Of a DNA stretch of 59,573 bases, positions 46,419-55,424 are shown piece by piece; position 1 is the first letter of the stretch; each line of letters begins with the position of its first letter. The stretch is from a virus (lineage: Duplodnaviria > Caudoviricetes). Under the pieces are notes generated by a model. That model was not told the origin of the DNA. It did no database searches and was given only the letters and a program-made list of their open reading frames with translations. Both the position numbers and the translations under genes were made by a program. The stretch is from IMG/VR virus record IMGVR_UViG_3300033141_001990, positions 1 through 59,573 of that record, one strand, 5' to 3'.

Positions 46419-47114
46419 ATGGCATTAGAACCACAGCTAGTCGAACTAGGGGCAACCACCCTTGATAAGGAAACCAACCTTTTGTCTACGCAGGCGACAG
46501 TGCCCATCACCTCAGAAGAGGATGATAAGGCTTCGTTTGGCGACTGCGGAACTATCTCCGCACTAGGAGTAACGTCGCGTAGCTATCCTCCAGACTATGA
46601 GGGAAACGCAGAGGGGGTTCTAATCTCTGGAGTGGGTAACCAGGACGGGGTAATCGTCGGTGGTAGAGACCCTCGATGCGCAGGCGTATACGGAAAGCTG
46701 GAGCCGGGAGATACCGCGCTTCACTCATGTGCTCCTGGGGCCGCAAGCCAGGTTCTTTGCTACGGTAGCGACAAGAATGGCAACAAGGTGGTAGCCATGA
46801 CCGAGGGAACCAACGGGAAGAACATGACCGTGACCCTCGACGGCGTTAACGATCAGATCGTTATCTCTGGAATGGCGGCTGCCATTATTATAGATGAGCA
46901 CGGTATCTTTCTGGGCAAAGGTGAGTCGTCGATTCTTATTACAGAAAAGGGCACCTTTATTAACGGAGAGCTTACTATTGGCAACGGGATAGTCCCCCCG
47001 GATAGTCAGCTGATCGCATGGAACAAGGCCGCACTTGCGGCACTTGGTGCTCTACTTCCGCCGCCTGCTAAAATTGCGGCAGCTCAGTACGTCAATGTTA
47101 GTGCGCAGAAATGA
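46419..47114 (+). CDS. Baseplate spike (Mu gp45/gpV-like)
   Basis: G..S..P, D.R....L.PG.TALH; beta-helix-like C-half. Confidence 0.75.
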   Translation: MALEPQLVELGATTLDKETNLLSTQATVPITSEEDDKASFGDCGTISALGVTSRSYPPDYEGNAEGVLISGVGNQDGVIVGGRDPRCAGVYGKLEPGDTALHSCAPGAASQVLCYGSDKNGNKVVAMTEGTNGKNMTVTLDGVNDQIVISGMAAAIIIDEHGIFLGKGESSILITEKGTFINGELTIGNGIVPPDSQLIAWNKAALAALGALLPPPAKIAAAQYVNVSAQK

Positions 47115-47434
47115 GCAACTGTAACTTTGATCTCCCATCCCTAGCGATCCCAGCAATCCCGCTCCCTTTCAAGTTCCCAAGCCTCCCGAACCTTCCTCCA
47201 AGCATTAGCCTAGACATAGGCTTTCCGCTCGATCTCCCATCCCTAGCGATCCCAGCAATCCCGCTCCCTTTCAAGTTCCCCACTCTCCCGAACTTCCCCC
47301 CAAGCATTAGCCTAGATATAGGCTTCCCACTCGACTTGCCTTCGCTAGCAATCCCAGCGATCCCGCTACCTTTTAAGTTCCCAAGCCTCCCAAACTTCCC
47401 ACCGTCAATTAACATCCCATGCCCTCTGGACTGA
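47111..47434 (+). CDS. Pro-rich protein made of three 34-aa repeats
   Basis: 102-bp repeats starting 47129, 47231, 47333; ATGA-coupled to the spike. Confidence 0.65.
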   Translation: MSNCNFDLPSLAIPAIPLPFKFPSLPNLPPSISLDIGFPLDLPSLAIPAIPLPFKFPTLPNFPPSISLDIGFPLDLPSLAIPAIPLPFKFPSLPNFPPSINIPCPLD

Positions 47435-47865
47435 GCAACTCACCATTCGGACTCGGGACGCCAATAACCTCCCCGGTTCCGGCTGACCAGAAGGATCAGA
47501 ATTACTGTCGCTACATTAACCCGAACACGGGCGACTATGAAGTATTCGAGGAGAACGGGACGCTTGCGCAGATGCCGGGGGTGCGGCAGCGCGTTCTTCT
47601 TATCGCGAGGACGCTCAAGGGTTCGAGCAGCGTACTCCCGAAACTTGGTATTAAGCTTCCGCCGAAGATTGACGAGTCTTTTGAGATCACGGTGCGTAAC
47701 TCAATCAAAGAAGCCTTCAGGCCGATGACGGACGTAGAGAAGGTTCTTAGGCTTGACGGCATACTTGTCGGCAGGCTTCCCGCCGGAAGGGTTAGCATTG
47801 TTATAGCGTATACAGACCTGACCCTTCCGGAGTCAGAGATCGCACCACTGGAGCTTGTATTCTAA
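47419..47865 (+). CDS. Baseplate wedge initiator (Mu gp46/gp25-like)
   Basis: QRV....T..GS....P.LG; position before baseplate J. Confidence 0.7.
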   Translation: MPSGLSNSPFGLGTPITSPVPADQKDQNYCRYINPNTGDYEVFEENGTLAQMPGVRQRVLLIARTLKGSSSVLPKLGIKLPPKIDESFEITVRNSIKEAFRPMTDVEKVLRLDGILVGRLPAGRVSIVIAYTDLTLPESEIAPLELVF

Positions 47866-49385
47866 TGCCATTTGAAGTTGGAGAAATATACGTCCCGGCT
47901 AACGCCGAAGAGATTAGGGATGACTTCCTAACCGATATTAGGCTTGAGGCTATTAAGCAGGGTGTTCCTAACCCCCCGGTTCTTCCCGGATCGGATTGGC
48001 ATATCCTTGGAACGGCCCTCTCTAATATCGGCCTAATCCAGTACAGCAACCTACGCATATCGGACGACAATATGAACGTCCTTACCGCGACGGGGGAAGA
48101 CCTTGATAACATCAGGGAGGCTTACGGGCTTCCCGTGGTTCCAGCGTCCCCAGCTACGGGAGCTATTGTTGTAACCACTCAGATACCACTGCCTCTCACT
48201 ATCCCAGATGGTACCGAGTTCGTTCTCCCCAACGGGCTCCGCGGAAAAGTTTCCCCAACGGCACTAAACGTATTCAATGGAGACGAGGTTGTTGTCGTAA
48301 CTATCGACACCGGGGAGGACGCAAACCTGGGAGCCGGAGAGATTGTTCAGTTCGTATCGCCCCCGGTTGGAGTGCAGACAGAGGCAATAGTATCGGTTAG
48401 CGCTCCACTAGCGGGTGGCGTATCGGTAGAAACCGACGCGCGAAAGAGAGCGCGCATACTCAACAGGCTTCAGACCGTGCCGGCCGGCGGGAACTGGGGA
48501 GACCTGATAGAGACATCGCTCAATGCTATCGCGAGCCTTCAGTATGCGTTCGTATATCCAGCGCTAGGAGGTCCCGCTAGCGCAAAGGTAGTTCTCTGTA
48601 AGAACCAGAATACGGATACCGGAGACTACAGCCGGCAAGTAACGGCCGCAGCCACGAATATCGTCCGGGCTGCGATTTTCTCGAAGATGCCTTCTCCTAT
48701 GGAGATCGTAGTGCAGTCCGTAGAGGACGAGTCTTTCGACGCAACTATTAGCGTGGACCTACCTAGCTCTGCGACATCCGGAGGGAACGGGCAGGGCTGG
48801 ATAGACCAGGCCCCATGGCCGCCCCTTGTTCCTGCCGACGCAGGCAGGAGTACAATCTTCGCTGCTTCAGGCACTAGCCTATCTGTAAATGCGAACGCAT
48901 TTGCCGTGCCTATACCTGGACAGACTCATATTCTATGGTGGTCCTCCGTAGATCAGAGATTCTATAAGAGGCTAGTAGTAGCCGTTGCGGCCCCAGCTTT
49001 GCCCCCACTTTACAACCTAACCATAGATGCGCCGCTAGTAGACTCGAACAATAACGGGGCTTTAGTAGGAGAATACATCTGCCCAGCGACCTCCAATTAC
49101 GAATCATACGGTAATACGTGGAGGACCGTTACAAACGGGCTTGGGCCAGGAGAAAATACCGCGGACCCCAACCGCTTACCGAGAAGCGCAAGGCACCCAT
49201 TCGAGGAGGACGGTTGGTATTTTGGCCTTACGATACAGCAATTAAGGGCGCTCGTTACGGCTCACCCAGAGATCGCGGACGCAGCGTGGGCGTACAGGTC
49301 GCTAACGGAACCAACGGTGCCTGTCCTTGTTGCCTCTGCGCCAAGGATACTTAAGCCAAACAACTTCGGGATATACGAGATATAG
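47865..49385 (+). CDS. Baseplate J-like wedge protein (Mu gp47)
   Basis: TATGEDLD, IP.GT, G..AN, GG...ETD...R.RIL, GGN..D, AFVYP. Confidence 0.9.
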   Translation: MPFEVGEIYVPANAEEIRDDFLTDIRLEAIKQGVPNPPVLPGSDWHILGTALSNIGLIQYSNLRISDDNMNVLTATGEDLDNIREAYGLPVVPASPATGAIVVTTQIPLPLTIPDGTEFVLPNGLRGKVSPTALNVFNGDEVVVVTIDTGEDANLGAGEIVQFVSPPVGVQTEAIVSVSAPLAGGVSVETDARKRARILNRLQTVPAGGNWGDLIETSLNAIASLQYAFVYPALGGPASAKVVLCKNQNTDTGDYSRQVTAAATNIVRAAIFSKMPSPMEIVVQSVEDESFDATISVDLPSSATSGGNGQGWIDQAPWPPLVPADAGRSTIFAASGTSLSVNANAFAVPIPGQTHILWWSSVDQRFYKRLVVAVAAPALPPLYNLTIDAPLVDSNNNGALVGEYICPATSNYESYGNTWRTVTNGLGPGENTADPNRLPRSARHPFEEDGWYFGLTIQQLRALVTAHPEIADAAWAYRSLTEPTVPVLVASAPRILKPNNFGIYEI

Positions 49386-49387
49386 CG

Positions 49388-49930
49388 ATGGCAATTACTC
49401 CAACAGGGTTCCCGGTGTGGGTTAGGGCAAACGACCATACGACCTATGGCGGGAATGTTAATAAGATCGATTACCAGGCAGTGGGTCCGGTTAATGCCAG
49501 AACCGATATAGGTGCTGCGGAGTTTTGCAGGGCCACTGCTGACCTGTCGGCTGTAGGGAAAACGTGCCCGTTCGCAAGCTTCTCTGCCCAGTTCAACGAT
49601 ACAGTGCCAGGGGTTCCAACGATAGCGACAACTGACTACCTGTCCATGGCTGGAGGCCCACCTACCTCTGTAAGAAACGGAGACGGAGACGTTACGTTTA
49701 CGTGGCTAGCGAGCTACTCGGATCAGTATAGTGTCTCAGGGTTAGTCAATATCGTGCACGCAGAGGCTACGGTGCAAGGCATATCGTTTCGGTTGGCTAC
49801 CGTAGAGCTTCTTGACCTAAGCGTATCGGGGTTAAACGAGTCTGTTCGAGTTAGGGTCTGGGATGTGGCCACCGCGACTGCTGCTATCGACCCTCTAGTC
49901 TCTATCGTGATTACTACGGGGACCGTGTGA
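49388..49930 (+). CDS. Baseplate-associated structural protein
   Basis: Between gp47-like and gp48-like genes; resembles both downstream neighbours. Confidence 0.6.
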   Translation: MAITPTGFPVWVRANDHTTYGGNVNKIDYQAVGPVNARTDIGAAEFCRATADLSAVGKTCPFASFSAQFNDTVPGVPTIATTDYLSMAGGPPTSVRNGDGDVTFTWLASYSDQYSVSGLVNIVHAEATVQGISFRLATVELLDLSVSGLNESVRVRVWDVATATAAIDPLVSIVITTGTV

Positions 49931-50367
49931 TGCTAGGAGGACTCTGCCCTTTTCCGCTACGGTTGGGATCGAATAACGATACCGATGGCGTAAACGCAGA
50001 GCAGTACAGCCGAACCGGATCTACGCTGGCATCATGCTCTATGGCGGCACCTCTGGCGCTAGTTACTTTCGATACTACGGGACCATCGATCCTGTCCTAC
50101 AACGGACAGAACGGAGTAGGGGCTTTCGCTGGGCCGTCTATCGTAAAGATAGGCGTAGGTGTGGTTCATCTAATATGGGAACCTGCATACTCAGACGCAT
50201 ACGAAACGTCCTACCCGTGGGTTGGAAGATCGGCGCTTCTTACAGCTCATGGAGCTTCCCCCGTCTTAGCTATTGCAACCATAGATCCTTCTGGTGAAAT
50301 ACGAGTAGGTCTCCACGAGCTTGGGGTTGGTAATGTAGATGGTACCTGCACGCTGAAGGTATTTTAG
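49927..50367 (+). CDS. Baseplate-associated structural protein (paralog of the previous gene)
   Basis: Shared G.V...W...YSD.Y..S segment. Confidence 0.6.
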   Translation: MMLGGLCPFPLRLGSNNDTDGVNAEQYSRTGSTLASCSMAAPLALVTFDTTGPSILSYNGQNGVGAFAGPSIVKIGVGVVHLIWEPAYSDAYETSYPWVGRSALLTAHGASPVLAIATIDPSGEIRVGLHELGVGNVDGTCTLKVF

Positions 50368-51132
50368 ATGGCGATTGTTACTACCCACCCACCCGGTCTA
50401 CCCACGTGGGCACGGTCTAGAAAGCTCGGGGAATACGGGCTCAGTCTAGATAAGTACAACGACGGGGATGAGCGTCCTGTGCCGTATAGCTGGACGTGGT
50501 ACCTAGAGATGCGCTCAATGCGCGGCAGCGCGTATTCTAAAGAGTCTACGGGACTGGTTCATACCGAGAACCTAGCGATAGCCAGGGGGCAGCAGGCGAT
50601 TACGCGAGCATCGGCAAGACTGGCCTATAACTCAACGCCAGGGACAAGCTACAACAAGCTAGAATACTGGGTTAACGTGCTTAGGGTCCCGGAGCGCACC
50701 CAGGACACGAGAGAACAGCTAAGGCAGCGGTGTGCCGCTAAGTTTATGGCTGCGGTAGGTCCAACGGAGCAGAACGAGAACGACGCTATCGAGTCCCTTC
50801 TCGGGAATCACCTAGTAGACATATGGAGGCAGACGGGGGCCGACCTAGATAATCCCCCTACGCAGACATACTGGCCAGGGATCAATCCGGGGCCAGTCTC
50901 CCATAGCCTCGGTGGTGGCGCGTGGCTGAGCGAGAGGTCTCATCTTGTTGTAGAGGTACAACAGCTTCACGAGGAGAGCCTCGGAGAGTTTCTTGAGCTA
51001 ATGAACGTACACCTTTTCTCCCTTCTTGACATAATGACGCCGGCATGGTGCACGTTCAACTGGGCGACTAATGTAGCAACCGGGTTCTTACTGGATATTA
51101 GTGATATGGACTTCGACGGATTTAACCCATGA
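50368..51132 (+). CDS. Baseplate wedge protein (Mu gp48-like)
   Basis: P.T....LEYW..VL......T...LRQR..AK, PAW.TF. Confidence 0.7.
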   Translation: MAIVTTHPPGLPTWARSRKLGEYGLSLDKYNDGDERPVPYSWTWYLEMRSMRGSAYSKESTGLVHTENLAIARGQQAITRASARLAYNSTPGTSYNKLEYWVNVLRVPERTQDTREQLRQRCAAKFMAAVGPTEQNENDAIESLLGNHLVDIWRQTGADLDNPPTQTYWPGINPGPVSHSLGGGAWLSERSHLVVEVQQLHEESLGEFLELMNVHLFSLLDIMTPAWCTFNWATNVATGFLLDISDMDFDGFNP

Positions 51133-51449
51133 CGAGTATAGAGGACAGGCAGCGAGTTGTTATTGACCTCAGTGTCTATAACGCCATTAGCTACTTGCGT
51201 AGAAACCCTACGGCTAGGGAGGTAGTTAACTACCTCCACGCTTCCGGGTGGACACCCGTATGGGACGACGCCAGCGTTGTGGTGACGAGTGACTCGGTAG
51301 TCGAGTCCGCGGGTAGGCTTCAGACTCGGGGGTTGGTATCTGTCGAGGATGACCTCCTAACGCTACCGTCGCGTGGCCCAAATGGGCTCGGGCAACCAGT
51401 AGAGATTAACGAGACGAGGACTGATTTGAGTTGGCGAGGTAAGAAATGA
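51129..51449 (+). CDS. Hypothetical protein
   Basis: ATGA coupling at both ends. Confidence 0.55.
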   Translation: MTSIEDRQRVVIDLSVYNAISYLRRNPTAREVVNYLHASGWTPVWDDASVVVTSDSVVESAGRLQTRGLVSVEDDLLTLPSRGPNGLGQPVEINETRTDLSWRGKK

Positions 51450-52378
51450 CGTTATTAGATCCTACTCTCGGGGTTGGCTACGCTTTCGGGGAGAAGCTTC
51501 CTTCGACCCATATGACAACGATCGCAACTCAACAGCCGCGGGCGTTAGATATTGTCAACGGTGGATCGTATGTCCAGTCTGGGCAGCTAGTTATTGACGG
51601 AGATGCGCTGAAGGGTGGGGGCACGGACCCGATCCTATATACCAACATCCGTGGCACGGCTTCAGCTAACGCTGAGACCCGGTGGCAGCACCCGTGCGTT
51701 ATGGAGGGGTCCACTATGTCCCTCAACGCAACGAGCACGCTCAACATGGCTGGCACGATGGATGCTCAGGCGGCTTCCGTTGTCAATATCAACCCAACTT
51801 CTACTGTTACGTGGACAGGGGTGAGCAACCTGCCGAAGCTCGGGTCAAGGACTTACACCAAGACGGCTTCGATGGAGAGTGGGCGCGCGTCGAGTGTTCC
51901 GCTCCTTCATCCAGCGTTGATCGTGGCGTGGCACTATTCTCCGGCATTACTCTACGAAAGCATCTGGCTCCAGACGAGTGCCAACGGCACCGGAATCGGG
52001 GCTGAGTTATACATACCGCTGGATGTTTTCCTTGGGTCAACTCTTGACTCGGTATCGGTAAACCTGACTGGAGGATATGGGCCTGGAGCCCCACACGGAG
52101 CCCTTCCTGGGAACATGCCCATAGTGGAAGTGTGTCAGGTTAATTCAGCCACCGGAACAAGGACGGTGCTGGGGTCAATCACAGATACCTCTCCCAACGT
52201 GCCCGCATACGAGGTAGGGCACACCCTTACGGTGTCTGGCCTCGCCGTGGCAACAGCGGCTACGTTTCATTATCAGGTAAGGATCACCGGAGAGGGGCTG
52301 CCCAACTCGTTGGACGACAAGCTGGCTATCTTGGGCGTCACGTCCTCGTACACGGTGACGGAAATCTTCCCAGGATAA
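51446..52378 (+). CDS. Tail fibre proximal / baseplate-attached protein
   Basis: G.AFGEKL.S..M N-terminus, beta-rich. Confidence 0.6.
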   Translation: MTLLDPTLGVGYAFGEKLPSTHMTTIATQQPRALDIVNGGSYVQSGQLVIDGDALKGGGTDPILYTNIRGTASANAETRWQHPCVMEGSTMSLNATSTLNMAGTMDAQAASVVNINPTSTVTWTGVSNLPKLGSRTYTKTASMESGRASSVPLLHPALIVAWHYSPALLYESIWLQTSANGTGIGAELYIPLDVFLGSTLDSVSVNLTGGYGPGAPHGALPGNMPIVEVCQVNSATGTRTVLGSITDTSPNVPAYEVGHTLTVSGLAVATAATFHYQVRITGEGLPNSLDDKLAILGVTSSYTVTEIFPG

Positions 52379-52381
52379 GGT

Positions 52382-53512
52382 ATGCCTGCCACCATAACAG
52401 CCGTGCCGACATATCCGATGCCCGGAGATGTAGGGTTAGTGTTCACGCCAAGTACGAGCGAATATTACCTTCGGCTATACGCGACTGGGGCACCGGAGGG
52501 TAGCCACCTAAAGGTGATCCTCGATAGCGGGACAACGACAAGCCGCACGCTTATATGGCAGGGGTATATGGATGAGGAGCCAACACTCGTCTTCGATACC
52601 GGCGGACGATACTCACTGACTCTGGACGTGTTCACGAAGGGGGCTACGGACTATGGCGGGGGTTACGACGGCGACCCGAGCAGCTTCTTAACGGAAACAG
52701 TTAGTCCGTCCGAGAGCACATCTCTTGAGTTCGATGTCGGCCAGCGCATAGAAAGCGTAGTGGGGGCAGCTGGATTCGGTGCTGCGATATTGTCGCTCTG
52801 GGTGTGGGGAGACACGGTACGAGCGACTAACACTCTAGAGCACGAGACCGTTACCCCCGTAATATATAATCCAAGCACTGATGCGGCGACGATCGCCCTT
52901 CAGTCATCCTCCGTAATCACATCAGTAAACGACCTCGTTGACAGCTCGTCATCGTCGCTACTCGGAGACCTCGCGCTGCTATGCGCCGATTTTCAGACGA
53001 AGGTAATTGCTCATATGACTAACGGTGGAGGGGCGTGGCACAGTGTGGCCGACGCAATCAACGCTGCCGCGCTCGCCAGGCTTCCGTCGAGCCCTACAGC
53101 TCCGCAGGCTTTAACAGCATGGGCTAGGGAGCTTAGGCAGTCTCTTCGTAATCATATGGAGAACGGGCAGGACCCCTTCCACTCCTCGGCTAGCGGTCTT
53201 ACGGAGTTTCCAGACCTAAACAATCTGCCAGCGTCAGACGTGGCAGGAGGAACGCGAGAGATGCGCCAAATGATAGCCGTTTTAGCCGACGCTTTCCGAG
53301 CGTATGAGGATCATAGAGTTGCCACCCCCTCACACCTTATAGCCGATGGTACGAATAGTATGAGCGTAGCGCTTGGGGGCCTCCTTTCTCTACACAGAAA
53401 TTTTATCGAGGAGCTGCGCAGCACCAGCGGAACGGGCGCACCGCAGCTAAACCCAGGAGCTAGTAAGCTTACGCAATTAGCCGGGTTCACGGAAACGACA
53501 GGGATCTCGTAA
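52382..53512 (+). CDS. Virion structural protein (Ig-like N-half, helical His-repeat C-half)
   Basis: FD..GRY.LTL; repeated H.....H...D..N motifs. Confidence 0.55.
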   Translation: MPATITAVPTYPMPGDVGLVFTPSTSEYYLRLYATGAPEGSHLKVILDSGTTTSRTLIWQGYMDEEPTLVFDTGGRYSLTLDVFTKGATDYGGGYDGDPSSFLTETVSPSESTSLEFDVGQRIESVVGAAGFGAAILSLWVWGDTVRATNTLEHETVTPVIYNPSTDAATIALQSSSVITSVNDLVDSSSSSLLGDLALLCADFQTKVIAHMTNGGGAWHSVADAINAAALARLPSSPTAPQALTAWARELRQSLRNHMENGQDPFHSSASGLTEFPDLNNLPASDVAGGTREMRQMIAVLADAFRAYEDHRVATPSHLIADGTNSMSVALGGLLSLHRNFIEELRSTSGTGAPQLNPGASKLTQLAGFTETTGIS

Positions 53513-55251
53513 TGGCTGGAATTTTAGCGAACTCAACCTCAGTGGTAATGTCCCCAGCGGACACCGCTCCCATAAATACATTCGCGGGGTTTCTCACGGC
53601 AGAGAGGGTTACTCTTTCCGTAGATCCTGCCGGCACGACCTTTTCCTGGGGGATAAGTTCCCCCTCCGCGTCCACTGTTCGCTCGGAACTTTCTTCTACG
53701 ACAGCCGCTACCCCTGTTTTTACGCCGGATGTGGGCGGCTTCTATGTAATCACATGCACGGTAGACTCGACTATCGTTTACAGGCTTACGCTGAGCGTAA
53801 CGCAGGTCGCTATATCTACAGTAGTAGAGGCTTCTCGGTATCAGCCTAAGACGAACGCTTCTGTTACTGCTCCCGTTCTTGGAAGGGCATTATTCTTTAG
53901 CTCCGACCTCGACTCGCTCGCGACCAAGGCTCCAGACGGAAGCGTTGAGCCCATCGGCGGCAGCGGAAGCTCCTACTTGACCCAAGCGGAGTGGTACATC
54001 AACGCGACGACGGGGAACGACCAGAACGACGGGGAGACATCGCTGACGGCGCTCAAGAGCTTCGCAGAGTGGAGCAGCCGGATAGGTCACGACACAGTGA
54101 CCGTGGCATCGCTCGTTTACCTAGAGACCGACCTTGACGAGCCAGGATTTCCAATCCTCGGCTCCTACCCGTTTGGCCTGACCATCCAGGGCACAAGAAC
54201 GGCTCTGCACACCGGAGTTGTAAGCAACCTCGCCGGCTATGACTTCACGGTGTCGCCGTGCGTTCCAGGAGAGTTCGAGGACGCCACCCTGACCGGGGCA
54301 AGCTGGAGCGACAGCGGACCCGGTGCCACCAGCCTAGTTGACAAGGTTGTCGAGCTAACCTCCGGTGCCCTTGCCGGAGCGAGTGGCTGGATTGCCAAAG
54401 ACCTCGGAGCCAAGGTTTGCAGGCCCACGCCCACCTTCATCAACCCTGATACGTTTGCGAACGGGTTCCCATCGAACGGGGACACCTTCGTAGTCAGCGA
54501 CCTAACCAAGCTGGAAGGTGGCCCGGTCTATTTTGCCCACCGCCTTGCCTCCGGATATGCGGACGGGGTTTTGGTCAGAGACTGCGCCCTGCTCGGTGGA
54601 GCCGTGGACTTCGGCCTCTCGCTGGTTGCCTCAACCCCATACTATCTCTACCACTGCATCACCGGGTCGGCGGCGCACAATACTGGAGGAGCGTCCGGGC
54701 TGGTGAACTGCTTCACCGCTTCGCTGGCCGGCGGAACGTACCAAGTGCAGGACGGCGGCCTCTACTACACAGGGGGATTGAATCACAACCAATTTCGCTC
54801 AGCGGGACGCGATGGACAAGTGACTCTGAGCTACAACGTGTTGAGCCAATTCCTGGTCGGCATACCCAACAACGTCACATTCCAGGCGCGAGACACGGGG
54901 ATGGTCACCGTGGGGACCAACGCCAACCTCTTGCTAGCAGATGAGCAGAGGCCGAATGCCTGCGTCGTCCTGGTTGGCTCGGGGAGTCTCTGTAGCCTGC
55001 TTGGCAAGGTACACACCTTGAACCAGGGAGCCGTTGGATACGGAGTGTGGCTCGACTCCGGTGGCCAGGGCTTCTGGGCCAACCCGGTGGCCTATGGAGT
55101 GAACGCCTCCGACCATATGAATTTCGACAATCCCGGCACAGAGGTCTACGTTGGAGGCTCTGCGCAGACAGTGGCTGGCCTCGGTGCAGCGGGCCATGTT
55201 AACGCGGGAACACTGGCCTGCATGGTTCCGAGGGAAGTGGTGCCCACATGA
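53512..55251 (+). CDS. Tail fibre/spike (PKD-like N-domain plus beta-helix-like body)
   Basis: FTPDVGG.Y; WYINA.TGND.NDG.T...ALKS. Confidence 0.7.
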   Translation: MAGILANSTSVVMSPADTAPINTFAGFLTAERVTLSVDPAGTTFSWGISSPSASTVRSELSSTTAATPVFTPDVGGFYVITCTVDSTIVYRLTLSVTQVAISTVVEASRYQPKTNASVTAPVLGRALFFSSDLDSLATKAPDGSVEPIGGSGSSYLTQAEWYINATTGNDQNDGETSLTALKSFAEWSSRIGHDTVTVASLVYLETDLDEPGFPILGSYPFGLTIQGTRTALHTGVVSNLAGYDFTVSPCVPGEFEDATLTGASWSDSGPGATSLVDKVVELTSGALAGASGWIAKDLGAKVCRPTPTFINPDTFANGFPSNGDTFVVSDLTKLEGGPVYFAHRLASGYADGVLVRDCALLGGAVDFGLSLVASTPYYLYHCITGSAAHNTGGASGLVNCFTASLAGGTYQVQDGGLYYTGGLNHNQFRSAGRDGQVTLSYNVLSQFLVGIPNNVTFQARDTGMVTVGTNANLLLADEQRPNACVVLVGSGSLCSLLGKVHTLNQGAVGYGVWLDSGGQGFWANPVAYGVNASDHMNFDNPGTEVYVGGSAQTVAGLGAAGHVNAGTLACMVPREVVPT

Positions 55252-55424
55252 TAATTGTCACGAGCTACGAGGAGTTTCTCGCAGAGCGAGAGCGAGACCC
55301 ATCGGCTGTCATAGCGCTCGACGATGGCCGCGTGTTTAGGGTCGTGCTCCCTGGCGATGATAAGCCAGCTGCTGTGCGTCCACGAACATGGGCACCGACG
55401 CGCTACAGGGAGGAGCAGCAGTGA
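55248..55424 (+). CDS. Small protein (58 aa, not in the ORF track)
   Basis: MIIVTSYEEFLAER...; ATGA and GTGA overlaps at its ends. Confidence 0.55.
   Translation: MIIVTSYEEFLAERERDPSAVIALDDGRVFRVVLPGDDKPAAVRPRTWAPTRYREEQQ

Noticed and set aside
47098-47415. Antisense Gly-rich ORF
   Set aside because: Mirror of the Pro-rich gene, which is coupled to its neighbours on the operon strand
38714-51132. Tailocin or extracellular contractile injection system
   Set aside because: Terminase, portal, capsid and replication genes are present, so this is a phage
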